Assembly (NCBI RefSeq): GCF_018350175.1 | Contig: NC_058368.1 | Location: 199,518,001 to 199,582,000, forward strand | Source of the DNA: Felis catus | Lineage: Eukaryota | Direction of reading: 5' to 3' | DNA length: 64,000 nt | Part shown: in pieces, positions 1-13,332 of the stretch | How the letters are laid out: each line of letters opens with the position of its first letter | How positions within the stretch are numbered: the first letter of the stretch is position 1 | Notes under the pieces: model-generated | What the model saw: the letters and a program-made list of their open reading frames with translations, nothing else | Databases searched by the model: none | What the model was told of the DNA's origin: nothing | Made by a program: the position numbers and the translations under genes

Positions 1-124
1 GGAATACAGAAGTGCATGAGTCACTGTTCATGACTTCAAGAAACTTTCCATCTACTGGGAGAAACACAATAATTGAGATAGACATATAAACAAATACAAG
101 ACAGTATCATCAAATTGTAACTGA

Positions 125-275
125 TGTTTGATTATCTGTCTCCCCTTCTGGGTGCTAAGCTTATCAAAGGCAGATAGATATACTCTGTGTTTTGCTCACT
201 GTTGTATCTCCAGAACTTAGATCAGTGCCTGGCACCCAGTAGGCACAGAATAAATCTTTGCTGGCTGAATTTATT
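125..275 (+). mobile_element. LINE-2 3' end fragment
   Basis: Diverged L2 terminus 'gctcactgttgtatctccagaacttagatcagtgcctggcacccagtaggcacagaataaatctttgctggctgaat'. Confidence 0.75.
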
Positions 276-329
276 GACTAATGCAAATGTCTATTCTGAT
301 TGTGATTAATCTAGTGGAATAAGGAGGAG

Positions 330-1160
330 GGAATGTTTAAAGTTATCTGACAAGTTGGAAAGTGTTCAGAGAGGAGGTGATTTTCCTTTGTCTCTAACCT
401 CAGAGCAGGAGTATGGTCTGGCATGAGGAGAGGTTCACAAGAAGACAGGGCATCATAGCTTGTTGAAGGGCAAGGATATGAAACTGTATTGTTCGTGCTG
501 AGGTTATAAGCAATTTCATATTATTGGAGCATATGATTTAGGGCAGTGAGTAGTAGGAGACAAGTCTGAAAAGGCTGTAGGAGATTGAATCATGAGGTAC
601 ACTTTCATCTATTGAAGACATTTAATGAATAGAGTAGCATGATCAGATTTTCCTTTCAGGAAGAAAATTCTGGCAGCAATGCAGGCGGGATGGAATGGCA
701 AATTGGGTAAGATCAAAGTGGAGATATGGGAGGCTGTTGAAATAATCCAGGAGAGACAAAGAATGTCTACAAGAGAATAGTGGCAGTGAGGAAAAAGGGA
801 TGGAGGTAAACTTGAGAGATATTTAAGGACATAATTTATGGGACCGTGTGACTGATGGGATATGGGTATGGGTGGAGCTGGTAAGGTGGTTATGGTACAA
901 AGTAAGAGAATAGCAACTATGGTAGTGAGTCATGCCAACATAACAAGTATATATGGAAATGTAGGAGGTGGAGGGTTTGGAAGCCTGTGGCTAATGAGCA
1001 GAGAGAGCCTATTATTGATTTTATGGAATAAAGGTCTATGTAGGAAACATGTATTGTAAAGCATCTACACCGACCAGGGTCAAGTGAGTGTGGGTGAGGT
1101 CACCAAAGGAGAGTGTGCAAAGTAAAGTTGGAAGAGAAAGGAGGAAAGCATCTGAAGAAC
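330..1160 (-). mobile_element. LINE-2 body fragment, highly diverged
   Basis: Purine-rich stretch with L2-like motifs 'agcatgatcagattttcc', 'ggaggctgttgaaataatccaggagagac', 'ggatgaggtcacc'-like at ~1095. Confidence 0.6.
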
Positions 1161-3224
1161 ATAAATGTTGAGGCAGTTGAAGCTTATCATCAACTGGGAT
1201 ATGGCACCAATATGAGCTTCAGTGGTAAGCAGGTTTATCACTAGAATTTGGCATTGAAACATGAGATAGATAGGGTATATCCACAAAACAGAGAGTTTTG
1301 ATTGACAATATTTGTCATTAATAATACCATCAATAAAGGTGAGGCATAGTTACAGAGTCATGTCAAGTGGACAGATGGTAACATTTTTAACAGATCCTTC
1401 ATGGGGAACTTCAAAAAGCGACATTCCTAAATGTGCAAAATGGCAATAAGATCTAAGGTAGGAGTAATGAGATATTCAGGGAAAAGTTCAGATGAAGAAT
1501 GTGCTAGATCATATTTTGCTACTTTTTCCAAATTCTCACATTCTGAGTTTAGTACATATGTTGGCATATTTTCTTTTCTTAGGCCATCCTTTCTCCAGAA
1601 GGTTATGTGTCCTTAAAATTTATATTCTCCCTCTAGGTTGGAGATAATGGCTGTCAGAAACGTTATTAGGAAAGGTCAATTTATTTACTCAGTTTGCACA
1701 GGCAAGGAGAGGGGTTAATCTTGGGTGTGCCACTAAACTGGATATCATCCGATAATAAGATGCCTCACTGCCAAGCTTCATGAGTTTTCAAAGCTCTGTC
1801 TAGTCTACAGGGCATTCCTTGGTTGTCTCTAATTCTTGCACAAAAACAAACACACAAACAATATGGAAATACACTCATTTCTTTTTTTCCAATATACATA
1901 AGGTTTTTGGTTCTTCATTGGCAGCTAGTTGGTCTCTTAAGACATGGTACTGGACAATATCCAGAAACAAGTTCAGTGTCTGATGAGGAACATTGTGAAA
2001 TCAGTAAGAAATATCCTTGCTAACCCAAATGAGCAAAATAGTTTTTTTTGGTTGGTGGGTGCTCCAGGCAAAAATATTTAAAGGAACCTGAGAGTTCTAC
2101 TTCCTAGTTGACTCAGGCTCAGTTAAATTCATTTCTGTTGAGTCTTGGATCATGATTGGATAGAACTGTTGCTCACTATAAGGCAGCTCACTCATTTCCT
2201 TTGACACATGCTCTTGTTTTGCCATGAACACTAAGTGACCTCAACACATTTTTTTCTAAAATCGTAGCAGCAAGGGACTTGAAAAAAAAAATCAAACTCA
2301 TGAGACAGATATCTCTCTTGGATCCTGAAAAGGCTGCTTCTTAACTGCCCCGAGAAAGATGAAATGATATTTCTGACCCTGTTTCTCAGGAATGACAAAT
2401 GGATAGCTTCAGCAATAAATGCAAGAATAGATACTGGCTAAGAATGCTCTCAGAGTTTTATTTTTGCCTTATATGTTTATCATGGACTCAACCAATTAAA
2501 AGCTGAAACAAATTAGAGCTTAAGATATCATTTAAAAAATATTGCAAGGATTTAAAATATAAATCACTAAAGACCTCATATACACTTTGAATATCTCACC
2601 CCTCCCCCAAGTTCCATGTAAACAAGTATGTTTCTTGCATTATACCATTATCTGTGCCAGATTATCAGTTTTTCTTCTGAACAAAGTTTGGATGCTTTCC
2701 TTCCAATTTCCTTGTAATATAATTATGATATTTTGAAGGAAATAAAAAGTTATAAGGAAATATTTTTAAAACATTACTGGCAAAGGTACAAGCTTAATTC
2801 TGGAAGGAATCAGGTTTAGAACTTAAGAGACAAAAATGATAGAACTAATGTCTTATGTGGTCATCTAGAGAGAGAAGACATCTTTATTTTCTGCAAAAGG
2901 CAAACAAAATCTTCCATCTCTAAAAAAATCGTTAAGTAAAAGTTATGTGGAGTGGTGATGGTAGAAAGTTTTCAAGAATTTTTTTTAATTTATTTATGTG
3001 TTGGTTTATACCTCACATTTTTTTCTAAAATTTTCTAAAAATGATTAAAAGCCACTAAGAGAATATGCTTGAAAGATTCAGGTGTGTTACAGAAAAGATC
3101 AAAGTATGGTACTTAGCAATTGTGGTTCTAAAGTAGATATGAACTTTTTTAATGGAATAATTTGAAGGACATTTTCCTATATCTAAGTAATTATGTTTCT
3201 ATGTATCTAATTTATCATCTACCC

Positions 3225-3267
<43 letters not shown>
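3225..3267. repeat. (ATCT)n tetranucleotide microsatellite
   Basis: About 10 perfect ATCT units with degenerate flanks. Confidence 0.95.
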
Positions 3268-3517
3268 ATTTATCTATCTAATCTTTCTATCTACTTTGGT
3301 GTTTATTTAACAAGTCAATCAGTGTTTATTGATTCTGTTCTTTGCACAGTTTTAAGCACTGGGGACCAAAGAAAGTATAAGATTGAGACAGGCTTTCATC
3401 CATTGTATAAGGGAGATGAGTTGGGTGGTCTTCATTTTGCTGAGAAATTGGATAAATTATTATTTATGGTCAAAGAGAAAATTGTCCTTGTACTCTTCAG
3501 ATGTTTAATTGTATCCC

Positions 3518-3702
3518 TAGATCAGTTTCCCAAACTTGACTAGCCATCAAATCATTGGAGACATCTGTAAAATGTTAAGATTTCCAGACTCTTCATTGGA
3601 CCTTTAATCTAGTGGACTTGGGGGGCGGTGGTAGGGATGGGAATCTAGTTTTAATAAGGAGCCACATGATTTGTATACTTAGCAAAGTATAAACAACATG
3701 GT
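3518..3702. mobile_element. MER5-like hAT-Charlie MITE
   Basis: Starts 'cagtttcccaaacttgactagccatcaaatca' and ends 'gcaaagtataaacaacatgg'; ~180 bp. Confidence 0.6.
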
Positions 3703-3815
3703 ACAGAATTGTGAACTCTGTCTGGGTAGGGACCACATCTTCTTTGCCTTGGTATTCAGTGCTTAGCATAGCACTGAGCACATAAGAGGTACCTAATAAA
3801 TCTTTATTAAACAGA
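3703..3815 (+). mobile_element. LINE-2 3' end fragment
   Basis: 'attgtgaactctg...cagtgcttagcatagcactgagcacataagaggtacctaataaatcttt'. Confidence 0.65.
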
Positions 3816-5664
3816 AGAAGACACATCTGCACAAAAAGCCTTCCTGGAAGGACTCATTTATTGTTATAGTTCTAACTTCATTTCTGTCTGTGCTCTTCAT
3901 CTCTTGATGCTTTCCCCACGTGGTATGAGCACTCCTCTCTGTTCACCATGTCTTGGAGTCCTCATGTCATCTGGATCAATAGCATCAGTTTGAATAGAAA
4001 ATTAATGACCTAGCAGGATATTACTTAGTGTCTTTTGGCCTTCAGCTTGAGGATTGTTATATAGCAAATCAGTGTCTATAGAGATGGGTGTAGATCAGTA
4101 TTAATAATATTGTAACTCGTGTTTATGTAATATCTTTTCTCTGAAGACTGAAATCCTCCTTCAGACATTATTTAGCAAGTGCAATCTATTCATCCCTCTG
4201 TAGGTGTGTATGTTGTCTTAAGGATGCCTTACACATGAGTCTAGTTGATTGGACCACCAAGAATTTAGTGGCATTGATTTTTCCACCTGGCTGCTGGGCC
4301 TCCGGGTGCTTGAAAAAGGTGTGTCCCAACAAGCAAAGGCATCTCCCTTTCAGACGGGCAATAGTTTGACACTTACTTTATAACTAGGTGTTACCTTAGC
4401 TGGAGGGGTGAAACAGGGCCGGGGCAGGCCAAGGGAGGGGTGTCTTGGCAAAGGGGATGTGGTCAATGGTAGAAGCTTGTGACAGACTGGCCTGGATCTC
4501 AGATGGGTGGACAGGAAGAATCTGACCCAACAGGTTAAAAATGACAAAAATGAAAGTGAAATTGAAGATTGGCATGCTGAAGAGATTTCCCTAAGGTCAC
4601 TGACTGGTTGACATACCATGGATAAAACCGAACTCTGACCTAAAATCCAGTCACCAGACCACATCCTGTAGAGGGAATACTCAGTGTCCTCAAAGGTCTA
4701 ATCAGTGAACTTGGCTGGGATATGATTTGACATATCTCTGTGTTGTCTGGGCAAGGTTAATTGAAAGTTTGTCCTCTGAGAAGTTTTGTTTTGTTCTTTT
4801 CCTCCCTATTGAGCCTAGACTCTAGGAGGAAACTTCCTGGGGTTATTCATCCATTGCTTCTTGGAACACATATGTGGAAGAATATCTCTTAGTTAAGATA
4901 AATTTCCATAGACAATTATCAAGCACTGAGGCTTTTCCTGACAAGGCATGTATTTCTATACTGTTGGTTCGTAACCGATACCAGCTAGCATCTGATATTA
5001 CATCTAATTTCTCTTTCTTTGTATATTGACTTTTGCATATTCTGAAAAGACAGATATGAATCACAGGTATTCAGCTATCAAACAAGTTCCCAGTATTTGC
5101 CAATCACTGTAGTAACTTGAAATTTTCCTGGTTGGCTTGTAGCCAATGGGCCCTGTAGGCAATATAAGACGCTTACGGAAGCCTAGTGTGCAGATTACTT
5201 CCAGGATCTTTTAACCCCAAGGATAGTAAATGTTTTACATAGTAAAGAACACTAAAGAGATGTCTAGTCTACTCCCCTACAACTTCAGCCTTCTCCCAGG
5301 TATAAATCTTACTCAGTGTCTTCATTTAACTCATTAACTCTCTATAAAGGATGTGGCTGATGGGGTGAGAATTAGCTTTTTCAGAGAGTTGATACATAAT
5401 CACTCCATCCAGAAACAAATCTGAACACAATCATTAAAGAGGGTGAGGATATTTCTAGAATGGAAAATAGAAAGTCTCATTGTCAGTACAAGGGAAGAGT
5501 CACATGTTGCATGTAGCTGAGTGACAATCCCATCTGTCATTGTTGACTCATTATGTGATACTGTATAAGCTCTTTTACTCTTCTCCCTGGTTTCTGATAA
5601 ACCTTAGGAAAAGTCTGTCTTGGAGTACAGTGAAGCTACATTTGTTAACTGTCTTTAAGAGGAG

Positions 5665-5835
5665 GGAATTTATTCCTCATCGCAACTCTGTAGGATGAAT
5701 ATTTTCACTTCTGCTTTGCTACAAAAACTAAGCCTGAGTGAGGTTGGCTAATTTTCTACAAAGATCACACCGTTATCAAGAGGCAGTACTAGGACTTGAA
5801 TCCATGCCTGCCTAGCTTCAGATCCCAAGCAGCAC
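5665..5835 (-). mobile_element. MIR SINE
   Basis: MIR core-like 'cctcatcgcaactctgtagg...aaactaagcctgagtgaggtt...aagatcacac...ggacttgaatcc'. Confidence 0.7.
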
Positions 5836-6614
5836 AACTGGTAATGGGAAGTTGGGGAAATAGGTGAGTTGAAGACTGTAGTTTTTGGCTTGGTTTCATA
5901 ACCAAGTGTGTGAACTTCATGGAATTTTATTCTTTCCAGTATCTGCCCTGTCTACACACTGCCAGCTCTCATTTTATTCCACAGATAAATGTGAGAGCCC
6001 TATTGATGGCCCTGGTACTAGAGTTTCAACCACAATGAGAGACCCAACAACATCGAGGAAAACTCGCAGCAGCCATATTCAGTTACAGAACACAGAGACT
6101 AACAGGTTTAGTACAGAGGATACTCTCCAAAAATGAATGTTTAGGTAAATGCCCAGCTCTACCTTGCATTTTTGTCTCCTAACCGCCTAGCTCTGAGAGT
6201 TGTCCTGTCTCTCTAAAGCCTTTAGAGAATTTCTAGGCCTGCCCCAGTGGAGTAAAACAGTGGTTTAATGCAGTGGTTAACTGAAGGACAACCAGGGTTT
6301 CCTTTTTAAGGTTTTATCTAAACTTTTAAGTGTTCTGGGACCTAGTATAAATTGCTCTAAAATTTAAGGTTTAATCTTTGAAGAAAGTGAAGGAATATAT
6401 GACCTGAAAATATAAACTTTATAAAAAAGATTAGAGAAATCACTCTATAAGGTAGCTTCTCTGAATAAAAGAATATGTTTTCTTTTTCATTTTATTTAGG
6501 ATGTTTTAAAATAGGGTGTAATTTTCAAAAATGTGTTTTTCACACAGCTTCCATGGGCCATACTTGCCTTTATATAGCATCTCGCCATGGCAGTATTCTA
6601 TGTAGTCTGTCAGA

Positions 6615-6770
6615 AGATTTATGTTTTTGTCTTGGCTCTCCTATTAATTAGCTGTGTGTCCTTGAGCAAGTTACCTAACCTTTCTGAATATCATGGTCAT
6701 TATTTGTAAATGAGAATATTAGGGTCTTTGAGATCTTATGGTCTCTGTCAATTCTTAAATTCTGTGATCT
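6615..6770 (+). mobile_element. MIR SINE
   Basis: 'ttagctgtgtgtccttgagcaagttacctaacctttctgaa...tttgtaaatgag' plus a MIR3/MIRc-like tail 'aaattctgtgat'. Confidence 0.7.
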
Positions 6771-7509
6771 TATTTCTTTTGGTTTCTGGCTAAAAAACCC
6801 CCAAACAAACCCTAAACACGGTTTCCCTATAGAATTATGTAATATATACTGTTACTACTAATTATTCCTTGTTAATTATTTTCTAGAACACTATGGTATG
6901 AATTCATCAGTCATTAGGAAGGGCTCAGGAAAGAGAGCCTTACATATACATTTTTATTTAAGGGGAAAAGAATGAAGAATCAAGTGTTGTACTTTTCTGT
7001 TCAGCTCTTTTATACACATAGAGAGATGAAGAATACATGGGCTGTGGGAAGCTGGGAGTAACTTTAATTTTATTCAGGAATGAACATTTTATTTCCCAAT
7101 ATTTTAATGTTGGAATTCAAATCATGTCTTTGTTCTCCTCTTCTTTCCTTTCTGGCCAAATAAGCATACATGTTGTTTTACATAGCAAGGGTGTTGATGG
7201 TGTCTGAAAGGAAAACAATCTGATTTTTGAGCAGATTGTTTTTTATGGGTCAGCACTTTTGTGACTATAACAGACCGTGACTGATTAAGACAAATGGTTG
7301 TTGGATGACTTAAAGGAAGGAGAGGTTCATTCAATGAGTGACTAGAGAGAATAATAATTCTGGGTTTTGAGAGCTGCCAGGCGTCTCTAGCCATTGAACA
7401 CAAATTCTAGCTATAGACATCGAGGCTTGACAAATCAGGTCTCATTTGGAAAACTTCTTACACTGTGACATGTCTGATTCTCAGCTGAAAAGAAGGAATA
7501 CTGATGATA

Positions 7510-7945
7510 TCCTAATTAAAGACAACTTTGATATGACTAAAGAGACACGATAACTAAATGCCAGGCATGATCTTGGAGTGAATTCTGAACTGAAAAAAAT
7601 TTTTATAAAGAATGTCACTGGGACAAATGGAAAAACTGAATTATTAACTATGGATTAGAAAATAAAATTATGAATATCCAGATTTTAGTTATTACACTGT
7701 GGTTATTGTCAGAGAATGCTTTTGTTCTTAGGAAGTACACAAGGAAGTATTTAGGAGCAAAAGATAATCATGTATACAACTTAAAGAGTTTATAAAAATA
7801 ATATATATACACACATGTGTATATATATATGTAGATATAGATATAGATATAGATATAGATATAGATATAGATACACACACACACACACACAAATTTGCTT
7901 GTGACTTTTTGTAAGTTTGAAAATAAAAAGTCACCAAAGGAAAAA
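7510..7945 (+). mobile_element. Ancient L1 (L1MC/ME-type) 3'UTR fragment with internal microsatellite
   Basis: 'agagacacgataactaaatgc...tgtcactgggacaaatggaaaaactgaa...gttcttaggaagtacac...aagtatttagg...tttttgtaagtttgaaa'. Confidence 0.65.
7832..7891. repeat. Compound (TAGATA)n(AC)n microsatellite
   Basis: Directly visible; it produces the ISISIS/CVCV pseudo-ORF. Confidence 0.95.
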
Positions 7946-9329
7946 AAAAAAAGATAGGTGACTGCCTGATTTTGCAGAACCAGGGGGAGGGGGGAGGGTA
8001 TGTGAATAAGTCCATCACATTCCCTTTGGCCGGGACTGGCGAGCTGGTGAACTTCTAAACTAGAAATTCAAGGATTTAGCTGAAAATAAAAGCCTTAAGC
8101 TTATTGATACCATGAAACCATAAGCCTCACTTTCTCTCTTTACTCAACATCACAACCTGTTCTTTTGTATCATTATCCTTTGTCCTAAATCAGTCTGGGT
8201 AAGAGCTTGAGTTAATCAGTTCCACTCCTTAAGAAAGTCTTTCTAATACCTTGACCTAAGTCAGAAGAAATATGTGTAAAATCTCCCCAGGAATTGGGGG
8301 ACAACTTCAGTATTTTTCAAGCTAGTGGGGCTTTTTTGTTGTAAGCTGAGGGTTGTAGATTATATTTCACTTCCCTTCTACTCTTAGTCTTCTCCCTTTT
8401 CTCACTGTAAAGGGAAAAAACCCATATTTTTGTTGTTGTTGTTGTCATAAGTTTTAGCCACTGTAATCACCAGGAACAATGCTGCACAATTAATACTGTA
8501 CAGCCATCTGCTGCTTTATTTAGGGTCAAATTAAAGTTGACATATCTAATTCTGTTTTCCCTAAGATTCATCCAAGTTGTAGGGGGAAAGGCATTGATGG
8601 GCTAATAGAAGGAGGGCAGCATGTTAGGGTCTTTTATTTTAATGGGAGTATTTGTTTTTATATGTGGATTTTCATTGTTTCTGGATATTAACATAATGCT
8701 GAAGATGCCAGTCTTGTATTTGCAATTCCCACCCAAAGAGCTACCTTTGATCTCATTGGAGTTCCTATTCTTAGAGTCTTGTGGAATAAAAGTCTTTTCT
8801 TGCTACTTCATGGCTGTAAAAGCATGTCTGATTTGAGGGCTTCATATAAGCTGTCTATGAAGTAGAGGCTGCTTTGAAGGAGTCTGGTCAGCTGTAACAT
8901 TGCTGGAGGAGCAAGATGTTCAGAGGGTGCATTTCTTTCTTTTTTTTTTTTTTTTGAAACAAAAATCCACATCAGAGTTGTGAGGCTGAAGGAAGTTAGA
9001 AGGATACTTTTGCCTTCAGGGCTTTCCATCTCAGCCTCCGGGTACTAGTCTGGGCAGGTAACTAGTCTGAGCAGTCTACGCTTTAGTTGACACCTTCAGG
9101 ATGAACAGACAGGGAGAAACTTGTAGTCATTTTTCTTGGCAGAAGCCACAACCCAGCCCAAGTTAATTATGTCTGAGAAGAAGAATAGTGTCTGGGCACC
9201 TGCAATTTTCAATTTGGTACCTGATTTTCCAGTGCCAAGTATTATATCAAGCCATTCAGATGTATCTTCACAAAGTTTCTTTCTGGTTTCACATCAGACA
9301 ATGGTAACACTGAGTTTAGAAATTTCTAT

Positions 9330-9545
9330 ATAATTGTCACTATTTACTGAGAACTTCGTATGTGCCAAAGATGATTAAATGTTGTACATGCTTCCTGTCA
9401 TTTAATCTTCATATCAAACCCTATGAAAGAGGTATGATTACTGTTCCCACTTAGTAGTTGAGAAAACTGGGAGTTAGGTAATATCTTGCTCCAAATCACA
9501 TGACTAATGCAAAACTGGTGCTTGAAATCAAGCCTACCAGACTAA
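9330..9545 (-). mobile_element. MIR SINE
   Basis: 'tatttactgag...tcatttaatcttcat...ttactgttcccactt...gagaaaactgg...aaatcacatgactaa'. Confidence 0.75.
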
Positions 9546-10184
9546 GAAACTCAAAGATTTGTATAAAGTTCTATCTAGGAATAAATATTTTTTCTCTTAA
9601 CATTCCTATGACTTGGAAGGTGGGCACTATTGGTTCTGATTTCATAGCCAATTCTGACTTAGGGTTATTTGCCCGAAACTATGGATTTGTAGAGTTTAAC
9701 CCAGAATTGTTATTCTCTAAGCTATTTAAATCTATTCCTTTTCATAATAATAAACATTACTACAAGATATTGTCTTTGGAAAGATGCTGAATTAAGGATT
9801 AAGAAACGCTGAGAAAATTACATTCAAAAGTATTTAATTTGCCTCTTTACCGACTTCTCCCCCACAAACCAGAAATAAGCAAGTTTCTCATCTAAAACAA
9901 AACAAAATAAAACAACACAAGAATGCAGACAATAGTTACCTGTCTTAATCCTGCATCCTCCTCTCTTCATAATCCTATTTATGTCTTTTTCTCTTTACAG
10001 TCAAGTTTCTTGGAAAAAATGCCTGCAATTATAGTTTCCTTTTTTTTTTTTTTTTTTTGGCATCCTGCTCATTCTTAAACCTACTGCAATCTGTCTCTTA
10101 CACATATCTCCCCACTGCACTGAAACTTCTCTGGAAAGGTCATCAATTTACCCAATATCAATTCAATGGATCCTTCTCCCCACC

Positions 10185-10410
10185 AACATTATAAAATTTT
10201 CCATCATTCAGAAAAGTTGAAACAGCCATACAGCGAATACTCTTATACTTAATACCTAAAATTTACAATTAATAATTTCCTATATTTTCTTTGTCTGTCT
10301 ATCCCTCTATTTATCCATCAATCCATCTAATTCAAAGTAAGTTGCTTACTTCAGTTTACTTCACTCCTAAGCACTTCAGCAAGTATATTAATGACTAAAG
10401 TTTAATGCAT
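10185..10410 (-). mobile_element. Ancient L1 3' end fragment lying between L2-like segments
   Basis: 'cagaaaagttgaaa...ttcaaagtaagttgc...cttcactcctaagcacttcagca'; L2-like pyrimidine-rich sequence on both sides (~9940-10175, ~10420-10520). Confidence 0.55.
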
Positions 10411-10711
10411 TATTTTTAATATTCTTCTTTCCTGACCTTAATTTGGCATTGTACCTTATCACATCTTTATGTTGAAACTCCCAAATCCAGTCTTAACCTC
10501 TGCTGATCCTATTATCCAATTGCCTAATGAACAGTAAGATCAGAGTCTTCTTATAATTCTGTTTTCCTTGTTACTTTTTCTTCTTTACCTCTATGTTCTT
10601 TTCCCTTTCAATATATTTTGTCCCTTTTTCTTTTGCCCACTCCTTAAACATTGCTGTGTTCGATCTCTCTGATTTTGGCTATACTCTCTTGTATCCCTGT
10701 GATTTTCTGAT

Positions 10712-11000
10712 ATCTTAGGTTTGATTTCCCAAGAAACAGATGGTAAGATGGAGGTTTACATCTAAGAAGTTTTTCTGGGAGTGCTCTTAGGAACAACACA
10801 GTGTGCAGGAAGCAGGATTCTATTATTACTGAGGTCACATCTGATTTCAAGAAGAGTTCTGGAATTTGGATAGCTCTTCAGAACTCTGCCAAATCAAGGC
10901 AAGACAGTTGGACCTTTTACTCTTACATCAAACAGTGATTAGAAATCTGATGTCCACCTTGGGCTTTTTTGCTGAAGCCTCTGTGGTGTTATGCGAAACT
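10712..11000 (-). mobile_element. ERVL LTR16-like solo LTR fragment
   Basis: 'tcttaggtttgatttcccaagaaacagatggtaagatggaggtttacatctaagaagtttttctgggagtgctctt' is the reverse complement of the LTR16-type 3' end also seen at ~62960-63014. Confidence 0.6.
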
Positions 11001-11105
11001 ACAACCAGACTTTGGGAAATCACTGCTTTGAATTGTTATGTACTATGGCTTGCCTTGCTTAGAGACTGCACTATCTCTGAGTATTATTGTTTGCTCAAGA
11101 AAACC

Positions 11106-11166
11106 TGTGTGTCCGTGTGTGTGTCCGTGTGTGTGTCCATGTGTGTGTGTGCACACACACATGTGT
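11106..11166. repeat. Interrupted (GT)n followed by (CA)n
   Basis: Three 12-bp GTGTGTGTCC(G/A)T-type units, then GT/CA arms. Confidence 0.85.
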
Positions 11167-11439
11167 CAATTCAAAGTTACCAGTGAGAAAGTAAGGAATT
11201 CAAGAAGAATCCTGAGGACATATCTTTATTACTCAGTAGCAGAAAGGCCCGAAAGTGTACCCAGACTGGGAAATGGGTATGTCACATATGGTGGTGTAGG
11301 GTGTACACTGCAGAACGCCTTTCATCCTATAACTAAACCTATTACTATCCCATTCAGATGATCTGTCTTCCCCAATTATTTTATAAGACAAGCTCAAAGT
11401 CTTGAATTTTATATTTTGCTTCCCCTCATTTTTATCCTT

Positions 11440-12510
11440 ACTGATTTGTTGTTTAATTTTTCTATCAATTATTAAGAGTATGTTGACATCTCTGACCATA
11501 TAGTTATGGATTACCTATTTCTCCTTTTAAGTTCTATTGTTTTTTGCTTCATGTATTTTCAAACATTATTTTTAAGATGCTTATATATTCATGATTATTA
11601 TGTCCTTTTGACTCCTCTAGCATTACTAAATGTCCCTCTTTATCTTTATATTTGTTGTTCTGAAATTTATTGCCTGGTATTAGTATAACCAGGGAAGTTT
11701 TCATAGGCTTAGTGTTTTCACAGTATGTTTTCCCATCCTTTTAATTTTAATCTTTCTGAGCCTTTTATTTACAGTGAGTTTTTTGGAAACAGCATATCCT
11801 TGCTATATTTTCCAGTCTGATGATCTCCACCCCATTTAATGAGAATGTTTAGGCCATTTACATTTAATGTGATTGTTGTATAGTTCTATTTAAATCTATC
11901 ATCTTGCTATTTGTTTTCTACTTATCCTATGTTTCCTTTGTTCCCCTTTTTTCTTGCCTTCTTTTGGATGAATTGAGTATTTTGTATGATTATATTTTCT
12001 TCACTACTGGTTTATGGTAGTAACTCCTTGTTTCATACTTAGGCAGTTGAAGTAGGATTTATAGTACACATCTTTAATTTATCACAATTTACCTTCAGAT
12101 AATATTATATTACTTCATTTTAATACAAGAGTCTTACAGAAATATTTGTTCATTTTCACTTCCCATCCTTTACGGCATTTTGTATATAAGCCCCACAATA
12201 CAATGTTATTATTATTGTTTTAAACAGTTATTTGATTTTTAAAAGAGATTAAAAAAACTTCTTTATATTTACTTACACATTTAGTATTCCTAGTGCTCTT
12301 TATTCCTTTGTGTAAATCCAAATTTCCATCTGGTATCATTTTCCTTCTGCCTGAAGAACTTCCTGTAGTGCAGCTCTGTTGGTGATAAATTCTCTCAGCT
12401 TTTGTTTGTCCCAACAATCTTTATTTTGCCTTTATTTTTGAAAAATATTTTCACTGGATGTAGAATTCTAGGTTGACAGTTGTTTTCTTTCATCACTTTA
12501 AAGATGTCAT
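11440..12510 (-). mobile_element. Ancient L1 fragment (ORF1 3' end, inter-ORF, start of endonuclease)
   Basis: 'ggccatttacatttaatgtgatt', 'aaattctctcagcttttgtttgtc', 'ttcactggatgtagaattctaggttgacag'; no intact frame. Confidence 0.75.
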
Positions 12511-12687
12511 ATCATGAAAAGCAAGCCCTGGAGTTTTGTGTTACACAGCCTGCATCACCATATGTGGCAATCCTATGTCCCAATTCAGGCACACTTCAGG
12601 GTCTCTCTGCTAGTGTGATAAAGATATGGCTTCCTCTCCCACTACCCCAATTCTTCTTGAATCTTAGTTTTCTAATGGTAGCTTTGG

Positions 12688-12715
<28 letters not shown>
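12688..12715. repeat. (AC)n microsatellite
   Basis: About 14 AC units. Confidence 0.95.
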
Positions 12716-12718
<3 letters not shown>

Positions 12719-13129
12719 ACGTTTTCTTGATCAAATCATAATTCTCAGAAATGACACTGTCTAATTCCCTATTAAAGCAAAGAAAGATTTTTTTCAAGTC
12801 AATGCTGTCTGCCTGCAGCATTTCATGTCATCATGCAGAGAACATTCAATTCCCCCTTTCTGGTGTTTGGATTCTATACTGTGTCTTGCCTTACATAAGA
12901 TATTGGATTAAGAGTATGAATAGATAATAGGGTTATCTTCTAATGTCCTCCTTTCCTTATACAAAGAATTGGCAAGAGTTTTGAAATAATAATTTTTCCT
13001 TATACTCAGCCACTTCAAGTTTTTAATCTGCTCCTAATCGGAGGAGATGTGGCTGTGTGTATGTTTTTCATTTTCAGTTATACTTGTATGATATTGTTCC
13101 TCTTCCCTTAAATATAGAGCTGATTATTC

Positions 13130-13332
13130 TTTCCTTTGGGATCTCATTTTATCCTGAAGATCAATCATAACACTTGTAACACTTCATTGCATTTGTTTAT
13201 TTACACATCACTTTTTATTCTATATATCTTTAGAAGAGAAAAATGTGTTATATTTGTTTCCAGAACATTGCATAATGCATGAGACATAATTCTCCAAGAA
13301 ATATTTGTTGGTTGAATTAATGAATGAATGAA
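13130..13332 (+). mobile_element. LINE-2 3' end fragment
   Basis: Ends 'aaatatttgttggttgaattaatgaatgaatgaa', the L2 (TGAA)n tail. Confidence 0.65.

Noticed and set aside
11138..11163. Near-palindrome cat(gt)5g-c(ac)4atg as a miRNA-like hairpin
   Set aside because: A low-complexity GT/CA microsatellite junction; too short and too common.
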